Positions 1-9,800 of a stretch of 20,000 bases of DNA are shown piece by piece. Position 1 is the stretch's first letter, and each line of letters starts with the position of its first letter. A model generated the notes under the pieces. That model was not told the DNA's origin, did no database searches, and saw only the letters and a list, made by a program, of their open reading frames with translations. The stretch is from Alloascoidea hylecoeti (lineage: Eukaryota). A program made the translations under genes and the position numbers. The stretch spans positions 56,177-76,176 of the forward strand of contig BCKZ01000010.1 of assembly GCA_001600815.1 (NCBI GenBank). Reading direction: 5' to 3'.

Positions 1-535
1 CGATGCCCAGTTACAGCTAGAATCCCATTTATCACATTAGGGTGACAAGTCACACTGATAAATAGATCCTCAATGTGTGTGTGTGTGTGTGTAAGAATCA
101 TTGTGTCCAAAGCCCATTTAAAAGATGGACTAAGCCATACCTGTGATAATGGAACCCTCTTTTTAGTTGTTCTTTCCAGGAAACATTACATTTTAGGACT
201 TCCTTCAGCCCAGTCTCGGTTAATTCTGGATCCGGGCCAAAGGTAATTGACTTATAGTTAATTTTCAAGGCCCATTCCATGTTCCACTCTTTTTAGGAAG
301 TGAAGTTACGCCACCCTTCTCCGTCACTTGCAAGAAACAGCATCCATCTTGTAAAATATTGACCTATCATCATTGTTGATAACTAGACTTTTGAAATTTT
401 CGATTATGGTCTTCCAACACTAAAATTTGAGTCGATATAATTAAAGCTGATATCATCAGTTGATTCATTGTCTTGACGAAAATAACCAGGTACTGATGTA
501 AAACGCCAGCCACTTCTTTCTGCTTCCATTTTCAT
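1..535 (-). pseudogene. PMU1: PMU1-like histidine phosphatase / phosphomutase pseudogene, probably continuing past the window edge
   Basis: Manual translation from ATG at 535/529: MEAERSGWRFTSVPGYFRQDNESTDDISFNYIDSNF..., then (YK)MLFLASDGEGWRN, a decayed LARHGEGWHN motif (SDG at 320-328). Next EWNMEWALKINYKSITFGPDPELTETGLKEV..WKEQLKRG and, after a frameshift, VPLSQVWLSPSFKWALDTMILT and IEDL..CDK. This is the motif order of fungal Pmu1-type proteins. In-frame stops (e.g. 404-406) and frameshifts are present. Confidence 0.75.
74..92. repeat. (TG)9 microsatellite
   Basis: tgtgtgtgtgtgtgtgtgt read directly; lies inside the PMU1-like pseudogene. Confidence 0.95.
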
Positions 536-724
536 TACAATTTTAATAAGAGCTATATATCTGATCTCTTATATGTGTAAGTAGATCGCTAATAACCAAG
601 TTAGAATAAGATATTCATATGTGTGTAATACACCTGTAGGAGACCAAAAAAAGAGAGGCATAATTATGCACCTTCTTAGTTCCGAATAATGCATGAATAA
701 CTGTAACAGATTAAAGAGGTTGTA

Positions 725-820
725 CAGAATATTTAGTGCTTCAAGTGTCCGATTATTTTAGTGATCACATATCCGAATAATTAGTCCTCCAAGTATCCAA
801 TATTAAGTGAAAATGCTGTA
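725..820. repeat. Degenerate 24-bp tandem array (3 full units plus 1 partial)
   Basis: Units: 725 cagaatatttagtgcttcaagtgt; 749 ccgattattttagtgatcacatat; 773 ccgaataattagtcctccaagtat; 797 ccaatattaagtg... Confidence 0.7.
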
Positions 821-1419
821 TCAGGCCATGTAATAATGAGTCCGTAGTAGAGTCCGTACTACAACGGTGACTAACTTAAGGGTTTATCTACGGACCCCTC
901 CACTTTTGACTTAATGCAAGTTGGTGCTTTCGGTAAAATTTAAGCTATATTACATATCACTAGTCCTAAAGCATCAATATGCATTAAAAAATCATGTGCA
1001 TATTTCTTGTTATGTGCAGTTCCCAAACAGGGAATTTCCAGATCGTTGATCCATCCCACTATGTATGCAGTGACAATTTCGGTGAGCCGCACCATATGCA
1101 TAGTCAATCTCTCAAAAAATGTTCAAGTTCCCTGTATTCTACAAAACACTTTGATATTTACTTTTTAGTAAATAATTCTTATTGAGAGTTAATGTTACTT
1201 GCTTATCACTATTTTTTGAGGAAATAAATATAACAGTGACATACATCATTGTAGGTAGACTTTCCCGAACCCGGATCCTGTACATACCGAATATTCCTTA
1301 CTGATAACCGATCAACGGATATCAATAGTTCGTTTCACATTCCATTGAGAGGTACGCATTGTGTAATATACAACTTTTCAAGAATTCGTCTTCCGATAAA
1401 GCATACCTATATGGTGAAG

Positions 1420-3018
1420 TGATAGCACTCGTTTTTTAATTATATAGGGACCTTTAAATCAAAACAATATCTACTGGAACATAATCAGCGTTACTTCTAT
1501 TGGTATTAGAACCACGAATGGCTTGTATTTTCACTAATACTTTTTTCAACACATTTATGCTTGGTACTTTTGATTGTGGATTTAACTTGATTTTAAATTC
1601 TATTTCATAAAATCTTGATAAGTAACAGGTTTTAGAATTTGGAACTAGATAAGAACTTTAAGAAGATATTCTGATATTTAAAATTTTTTCATAAATGGTT
1701 TTATCCGTTTTAGGATCGTAGTCCGCTGTCCATCCATTCCAATTATGAATATCTTCTTTGTAACCAAGTTTACTATCACTGAAGTCATCCAAATTTAAAG
1801 TGTCCTCCGTATCAAATTTCACAGAACGACCAACAATATCATTAGCATCTCTAATCTTATATTCTAGAGAGTATTCTCTTAAATCCTTATATGTGTTTAA
1901 AGATAACTCGGACATTCCAATGGTAGTATGGACTTATAAGTGTGGTTCCACTAATGTGATAAGTGGCGGAGCCTCTGGTACTCCATCAATCAATCTTGGA
2001 GTAAAAATGAACTTCATCGGATATACCAAATATCTAGTCGGGTTAGTTGTTTAAGTCTTAAACCATACATAGGAGTATTACTTTTCTTTATAACCTCATA
2101 AACATCTGGGAATTTTTGAACAGGTTTTCTTAATTCTTCCTTTCGGATGTACTTTAAATTGTCATAAATTCCTCTGGCGAAAATAGAATTGGATTAGGAC
2201 GAGGTGTGATCACTTTGATTGTTGACATGGATTGATTCCTGGTGGAAAATATCTTTGGTTTCTCCGCTAGCCATTTAAAATGTTTATAAAAAAAATATAA
2301 CTTCCCTATTTTAGAATCTATGTAATGAATAGTTTTAAATTTCATGCTATCATTTGAATTTCCATAAATAATAGTAGCCGATATATATTTAGTCATATCG
2401 AGATACGATTGCAACAGGTAAGGAGAAAGTGCAGGATATGAAGGGATAATTTTAAAAGAACGATATGCCGTCATTGATTTAATTTGTTGTGTGTCTTCAT
2501 GTTCATTATCAAGTGTAACACAATTTTCGATTCTGGCTTCAAAATAATAAGTATTGCTAACATTGATATGTGGGCGATTATATTGTCGGAGAATATCATG
2601 CTTAAAATTATTAGTTAAAGCGTCAACTGCAGAGGTACGACACATATAAGATCGAGGCCTCCTCGTGAAATTGTCTACCTTGGAACCAAGATCACGGTTA
2701 CGGTTCGGTTGGCAATTATTTGGTCTAAGAATGGAGTAGTGATGCATATTATTTTGAGAATATTTATTGATAATCATAGGATCATAATAGAAATTTCCTT
2801 CAAAACTAGGAGGTAATCGATTATGGAGCTGGTTATCAAGGCATGGTTCCAATAGTTTCTCAGGAATAAAGGTAAATTTTATGAAATACCTCTTACAAGC
2901 TAAAGTAATAATTTTTGCAACCATCAGTTCCAGTAGTTGTTTTTGTTGTTATTTCAATTTTAATTAACTTATTACATGCCTTGCATATTGGATATGCAGG
3001 GAGTACTTGGTAATTCAT
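1420..3018 (-). pseudogene. Bul1/alpha-arrestin-like Rsp5 adaptor pseudogene
   Basis: ORFs 2154-2924 and 1658-1915 plus flanking frames give, in order: MNYQVLPAY (LPxY), FTFIPEKLLEPC..HNRLPPSF, VSNTYYFEARI, RSFKIIPSYP, SKIGKL..AEKP, MKFIFTP..PEAPPLITLVEPHL*VHT, YLVPNSKTCYLSRFYEIEFKIKL, DLKVPI*L. These resemble Bul1 N- and C-domain and fungal arrestin motifs. Stops at 1934-1936, 1658-1660 and 1440-1442, plus several frameshifts. Confidence 0.7.
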
Positions 3019-3264
3019 ATACTACATACAGCAAGCCCCTTAATATTACTACCACCTCCTTATTATTATTTAGCCTATATAGTTACATATATAAAATAGT
3101 TAAATCCATTGGATTTAACTCTCTACTTTTTCTTATTCCTATTTAATATANTATTTACTTTATCTTTTTTACTTTATTAGTTTTACCGATTATTAGATTT
3201 CCAATCTTTTCGTCTGTGAACTATTCAAACTACTCAATAACTACTTTAAAACTATTTAAACAAA

Positions 3265-4290
3265 ATGTCCGATAACAAATTTGAATTTGGAAAAGACTTC
3301 GATATTTCAAANGAAGTCTTCAAAGCTACTAAAACAGGTGTTACTGCTGGTGAATTCGCAAAGTTTGAAAAAGGATACTATCTTCCTGTTGTCATTAAAT
3401 GGCTCAAGATTAAACTGGTAACAATTGTNAACTCTACTGATATTGATATTCAAAAATTTTTAGACTGCACTTCTGTNAATTTTTATCCACCCAATTTTGC
3501 TCTTATTCTGGAATACTTATTAAAATTACGATTTTCTACAAATCAAAGTACTACGAAGAAGACTTGAATGGTATTGATCTGTTTTTTACTTTGAAAAAGG
3601 ATTATAAAATTTTGGATAATGGAACTAGAATTGGATTGTTAAAAAATTTCTTTGATGAAACCGTTAAATCTGGCTGTAATGTAAAAAACTTCAATGAAAA
3701 GGTTAATGTAATTGTCAATTATTTTCCTCACTTGAAAAAATGTATCCCATTAATCACTATGTTCAATCTGTCTTCTGCCCAACAAGACCAAGTTCTAATG
3801 AGAAAAGACCTTAATGGTGANAGTGAAACTGATAATATNAAATTTGAAGCAATGAAACATACAGANATTCTTTCTTATATTCGCAAGCTTACTGATAAAG
3901 GAGTTCTCCCAGAATCTTCAAACATTGAATCAAATANNACTGATGAAGTGAACTACNGAGAACATAAAGCAAAATTCTATAAAAATGTCCGCTGTTATCG
4001 CTGTCACAAATTTGGTCATGTCATGAACGATTGTCCACTCAACAAGATGAGAAAGCATCCAAAAAGATATGAGGTTATTCAATATGTTGAACTTCCGAGC
4101 GGCGCTGATATATACTATTCTGCTAGAAATGATTCTGATGAAGATGATGAAGAAGCAAATCTTGTTGAACATGAAGAAGAAGTATTTCTTNTCTCTGATG
4201 TGGAATTTATTATCGATTCAGGAGCAACTTGTCATGTTGTGCATGATAAATCGATTTTGGACAATGTTTCTACCTCTAAAACTTCTATTC
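3265..4290 (+). pseudogene. copia gag plus N-terminal protease; frameshift near 3520-3560 and truncated at the inversion junction
   Basis: ORFs 3265-3567 and 3564-4328; Cx2Cx4Hx4C knuckle; DSGA aspartic protease motif. Sequence from ~4278-4290 onward is the reverse complement of the RT C-terminus. Confidence 0.88.
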
Positions 4291-4470
4291 TTCTCGTAAC
4301 TTATACCTTTGCTTTTAGTTTGAATTAAATAATGGATAACCCTATGTGCAGCCTTAAGGTGTTGTTGTGTTGGATTCGTTAGGAATCTAGACAATAAAGA
4401 AGCACTGAAAGAGATATCTGGTCTGCAAGTATTTGAAGTAAAGTTGATAACACCAGCTTTGAAAATTCTT
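4278..4470 (-). repeat. Left arm of a long inverted duplication (193 bp), partner 5532-5707
   Basis: Its reverse complement matches 5532-5707 apart from three indels. Confidence 0.95.
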
Positions 4471-5531
4471 ATGATCTTTATCATTCAACAATGGAGATTC
4501 CTTATATGGATTAAAGCCTTTGACAAGAGGAGTATTAACTTTGGATTCTTTATGAAGATTGTAGTCACTTTGAATTTTAGTTAAGAAATCATTCAAGCAG
4601 ATCTTAATACCACCAGTTTCNGTCCTATTGAGATTCATACCAAGAAATAGTTTTGGAAAACCCGAATCCTTAACCGGAAATTTTGCCTTGATACCCATTT
4701 TGATTTCATTCATAACTTTTTCAGGAGCNCCAATTAATGAATCATCAACATAAATAGGTAGGAGACTATCATTCTTGAAGAATAAACAGGGTTCTAATTC
4801 ACTTTGAGAATAATTCAAATTTCTAAGAACTTCAGATATTGTCTTGAACCAAACACTTGGAGCCTGCTTAAGACCATATACAGCACGTTTCAACTTCCAA
4901 ACCTTGGATGAATCAACTCCTGCACCATCTGGAGGATTTAAGTAAACCTCATGATCNATAGGTCCATGCAAAAAAGCAGTTGTAACATCCAGTTGACACA
5001 ACTTCCAATCATTCTGTACTACTATGTTGAGAACAAATCTTAGCATCTCATAAGAACAAACAGGAGCATAGATATCGAGGTAATCTTTTCCAAGCTCTTG
5101 TTTAAANCCCTTTGCAACTATTCGAGACTTGAATCGTTCATTATCACCTTCGGATTTCACAACATGTACCCATCTTGAAGGAATTATTTGTTGGGTAACA
5201 GTAGATCTATCCACAAGTTCAACAACATCACAAGCCCTGAAAGAATTCAACTCTTGATTCATAGCATTAATCCATTGATCTTTTTGAGGTGACTTTAGAA
5301 TATCTGAAAAAGACACAGGAATATCATACTTTGATTTGTTGACTAACAAGTTGACATCTTCATAATCAGAAATGAATTCATTGTCATCTGTAGAATCAGT
5401 CAATAATTTCGAAGGAGTTTGTGCAGTAGANATTGGCTTCAGATATTTCTTTACAACCTTAAGACCATTGGAGTTTTCAGTAAGTCTAGCTTTATCATGT
5501 CTTGGTTTGGTGAGAACATTAAGGGAATCAG
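4278..5531 (-). pseudogene. Inverted copia integrase-RT linker plus reverse transcriptase
   Basis: WINAMNQELNSF, SRWV, RFKSRIVAKGFKQ, YAPV, QLDVTTAFLHG, KLKRAVYGLKQAP, IYVDD, FLGMN; after a 5-bp deletion GVINFTSNTCRPDISFSASLLSRF..HLKAAHRVIHYL. Confidence 0.93.
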
Positions 5532-5707
5532 AAGAATTTTCAAAGCATTGTAGGTGTTATCAACTTTACTTCAAATACTTGCAGACCAGATATCTCTTTC
5601 AGTGCTTCTTTATTGTCTAGATTCCTAACGAATCCAACACAACAACACCTTAAGGGTTATCCATTATTTAATTCAAACTAAAAGCAAAGGAGAAGAATAG
5701 AAGTTTT
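5532..5707 (+). repeat. Right arm of the inverted duplication (176 bp)
   Basis: aagaattttcaaagcattgtaggtgttatcaac...gaatagaagtttt; carries two 11-bp deletions relative to the left arm. Confidence 0.95.
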
Positions 5708-6005
5708 GAAGAATATAAAGATTTCCAGCTATTAAACACTACAAAAGCAGTTACTATCCATAACTATCCTCAATGTGAAAGATTTACAATCAAGGTGATC
5801 TCAGACTCTGATCATGGTTCAGATATTAATGACAGAAAGTCTCAAAGTGGTTACTGTGTCTTTGCCAACAATAATCTTATTGGATGGGGTTCTAGAAAAC
5901 AAAAGAGTGTCAGTATTTCCAGTTGTGAAGCAGAATATTATGCATTATCTGAAGCTACTAGAGCAGCTCTATTTTTTAGGAATATCATGAATGAATTAAC
6001 ACACT
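5532..6005 (+). pseudogene. copia RT C-terminus plus truncated RNase H
   Basis: KNFQSIVGVINFTSNTCRPDISF; SDSDHGSDINDRKSQSGY..IGWGSRKQKSVSISSCEAEYYALSEA (copia RNase H signature). Ends before the expected downstream DN/DS motif. Confidence 0.9.
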
Positions 6006-6427
6006 TGTGGGTAACCTTGATTTAATTGAGTTTATGTCTATATTAAATAATAATAAATAACTAAGAAGAACTCTAATCTATAAAATGAGAATACTCCCTT
6101 GTATTTATAATAAAATAATGAAATAATATCTTATTGATATTTATTTCCTAATATGGACATCCAGCTGTGTTTGTTTACGTAAATACCATCTTCAAGCTGT
6201 ATTTGTTATTATTATCGCGTTTTCTATTTGCTTTGATTGTTTATATGAATGTAAGCTTTGAGTTGTCAATGTATATAAACTTCTTATTATAAGCAAAATA
6301 TGAACTTCTAGTTTTAAATGAATTTAGGCTTCTTATTGTATTGGAATATAAGCTTTTATTATTAATTACCATTTGAGACTGTGACATTTATTATAGCTGT
6401 CTAGTCCTTCTAATACTCGTTAACACA
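6006..6427 (-). mobile_element. Possible solo LTR (~420 bp) in opposite orientation, truncating RNase H
   Basis: Begins where RNase H homology stops. TGTG...CACA termini with an imperfect inverted repeat (tgtgggtaac vs tgtgttaac); TATAAATA on the - strand near 6102-6109. Flanks acact/tcatt match only 3/5, so no clean target-site duplication. Confidence 0.4.
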
Positions 6428-6812
6428 TCATTAAGCCCAGTATTTAATATTTTTTTTTACAAAAATTAATTTCTACTATTAATCAAACGGTTTAACCATA
6501 CATAAGGTTTAAAATTTAATAAAGGATGAGGGTAGGCTCGGTGGAGGAACAACAATATAACAATTATATATAACAAATTTAAATAAATAAATAAATGAAT
6601 AATTAATAAAAAAATAATATAAAAAGTTTATATGATATAGGTTGAATAATAATGATAAAAGAACATGAACAACAAAAGACACAATGAAACAACCAACTGA
6701 GAAAAATAATACTGAAAACATCATTCATTATATTTATAACTGTATTAATATTAATATTTAACTTTTTATTATTATTTGTTTTTTTAAATTTGTGGGGCAA
6801 CTTTAAAAAATA

Positions 6813-9800
6813 TTAATTTACACCTAATCCATCAGAAGAATCATCGATATAAGAATTATTAGCAATTAATTGTACAACAATTTGTCTATCAGGTTCTCTT
6901 GGATGACAAAAGGACACAATTATTTGATTTTCTTTGGTATTTAATAATTTAATGTTTTTACCAGTAATTATTTGTTTTACAGATCCTATAGTTGAATCTA
7001 ATATTAATAGTTGTTGATTTACATCAATCTTATCAATTTTTTTAATTGTACCAAAATTTGCATTTGTAATTTTTCTAATTTCTAACATATCTGTACCAGC
7101 AACAATTAAAAAACCTTTTTCATAAGTAACTGATATTGCTTTGCATTGATAATTTATAGTTAAAGGTTTTGAAATTAAACCATATGGATTACAAAATATA
7201 GCAAATTCATCATAACATAATAAATATTCAGATTGATTTTTACCAGATATTTTGAAAACACCTAAAGGCTTAACAGAAATTGAACTTGTTGGAGATGATG
7301 ATAATTTCCTTTTCACTTGTTCAAAGCTAAAACCTTGTCTTGTTTGAATATTTTTCCTATCAGATGGAGAAGAATACTCAGAATTTGCCAATTCTGGTAA
7401 ACTATGAGGTTGTAAATTAGTTATTGACATAAATTCAATACCTTTTGAACCATGAACAGCAATAGTTGAATTAAAAATACTTAAACCATAACATTCACAT
7501 TGTACATAAAATTTTCTTGAATTTTTAAAAATTTCACTTGATTTTTTATGTCCGTGTTTATCAATAATTGGCTCCATTACTTTAAATCTTGCACCAGTCA
7601 TAACAGATTCTTTTTTCATATAAATTAATTTTAAACCATCAGACATTTGACCAATTTTATATAAATAAACATCATGTTTTGAAATCTTTTTAAATAAATT
7701 TAATGGTAATGATTTATTTTTTTGAAAACATGAAACTAAATCATTTAATTGAAAATACAATAATGATTTATCAGCTAAAACAATTAATAAATTGAATTGT
7801 ATTAATACTTCTATATCAGTAACGAATTTCAAATCAATAATTTTTCTCCAACCTCTTGTATCTTCCATTATGCTTATATAAATACCAGTTTGTAAACCCA
7901 TTATACAATATGAAGTACCATTTAATTGAAAAATTGCTGCACAATTTATAGTTGAAACAACTTGTGGTGAAGGGAATTTTTTTAATTTCGATTCATTAAC
8001 ATAATTTTGATCAATTGGTCTAATTGCTATATCAACAGCATTTGCTTCAATATATAATGGAACTTTTGGTGGTACATTATGTGGTTCTAAAGCAAAAGCA
8101 TAATCTGCCAAAACATTTAATTTAAAAGGTTCAAAATTTCGTTTTAATTTATCATAATTAAAAGCTCTTTTTGCTTTTAAAATCATATTTATCCAAAAAG
8201 TTCGATCATTTAAAACTCTTGTATATATTGTATAAGATTGACCATTTATACCCAAATGCCTTATTTTAAAAGCGTACCATTTATCCGTTACACCATTAAC
8301 ACCATTAAGACTACTACTACCACCAGTATTATTTGAAGAAGCAAATGAAGATCTTCTTCTTCCAACACTTTTTTTTTCATCTTTTGTTTCAGCAGATGGA
8401 GCAATATCTTTTGTTAATTCATCACCAGATGGTAATTCAACAACCAGTAAAGCCATTGGTATTGGTTGTTCAACAACTTTATAACAAACATCACTTGAAG
8501 TTTTAACTAATTCACAAATTAATAAAAAATTATCAAATAATATTAAATAACATGAAGCAGCTGTACCTAATATAGCTCTTCTTAAAGCAGTACCATGATA
8601 AATTATACATCTATCAGGAGCACTAACATTTAAATTTGAATTATTAAATTCACCAAGTTGAATTCTTGATAACATATCAATATATTTTTGTTTCTTTTCA
8701 CCATTTGCAAATTGAGAATTTATTTTTGATGATAATAAAATACATTGATCAATTGCTTTTTGTAAATAATTAAATTGTGGATCATCTGAATCGGTTTTAT
8801 CTTTAATTGCTTTTAAAATAATTTTATATTGTAATACATGACCAATTATACCAGTTGAAAATAAACGATTATGATCTAAACCAGCATCTTTAACTCTTGG
8901 ATCATTATCTTGTTCATGTAACCAATTAACAAATTTACTTGATTGTTTTGATTTTTCAACTTTAATTTTATCAATAACTTTTGATAAATCTAATGTGTAA
9001 GTCATATATGGACCTTCGGCAAATTTTAACCAATTTAAAAAAATATCAGCAACACCAGTCATTATTTTACCTTGTTCTTGTTGTCTTTTAATTAAAGGAT
9101 TTAATAAAAATTCTTCATGTAATTTTAAAATTGGTTTAATATTATCAAAAGCACATTGACAATAATTTTTAACATTTGTCATTAAAGGTGGTATATGATT
9201 TCTTAATGATTCTCCATAAACTTCAATAAATAAATTATTATTTCTTAATAAACGTTTTTCACCTTTTATAACATCATAAATATGACTTTGTTTTTTAACA
9301 GTATCAAGACCTAATTCTTTTATTTCATTTTTTGTTATATTCCAAAATGAAGCCCAATCATCTTCAATTTGTTTTTTTGAAGTTGAAGTTGAAGTTATTG
9401 AAGCATTTGTACTTGTACTACTTGTTCTTGTAATATTAACAATAGGACCAATTTGATTTTGTGATGGAGAATTTGGAGAATCAGAAACTTTTATTAAAGT
9501 TCTGGAACATCTTGAACTATAACATCTACCAAATAAAATCTCACCATTTTCATAATTTAAATCATGTAATTTTGAAGAATAACATCCTTTACCCGTTAAC
9601 ATTGTTAAAACACCAGAAATTTGTAAATTTGGTCTTAAAGTAATTAAATGTTTGTAATTTTGAGGATTTTGAGATGGAGAAGATAACGGAGATAAGTAAT
9701 CTAAAATTACCAATGCTTCATCATTAATTAAACGATCTTTGATATAAATTGAATATTTTAAAGCATTTTGATTACTCATTGTTGGGATAGTATGTGTTAT

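Larger units (their letters stand above)
3098..6005 (+). mobile_element. Rearranged, defective Ty1/copia LTR retrotransposon (CCHC gag with gag-pol in one frame, Ty5/copia-like); left boundary uncertain
   Basis: CCHC knuckle CYRCHKFGHVMNDC, protease FIIDSGATCHV, copia RT motifs on the - strand, RNase H on the + strand. No integrase, no clear PBS and no LTR pair found. Confidence 0.9.

Noticed and set aside
98..280. FHYHRY in this ORF looked like a tyrosine-recombinase HxxR motif
   Set aside because: It is the out-of-frame tail of the PMU1-like pseudogene; the alternative frame continues the phosphatase homology.
725..820. Tandem array as a CRISPR or telomeric repeat
   Set aside because: No repeat-spacer structure, eukaryotic context, and units are degenerate without a G-rich strand.
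930..1200. Short ORFs on both strands (994-1185 on +; ~54 aa on -)
   Set aside because: No recognisable motif; could be another relic but cannot be supported without a search.
3515..3567. Overlap of the two gag ORFs as a programmed frameshift
   Set aside because: It lies mid-gag, upstream of the CCHC knuckle, with no Ty1 CTTAGGC signal recognised; more likely a decay indel in a defective copy.
6509..6800. Two hydrophobic or Asn-rich small ORFs
   Set aside because: Low-complexity AT-rich 3' flank of TUS1; chance ORFs.
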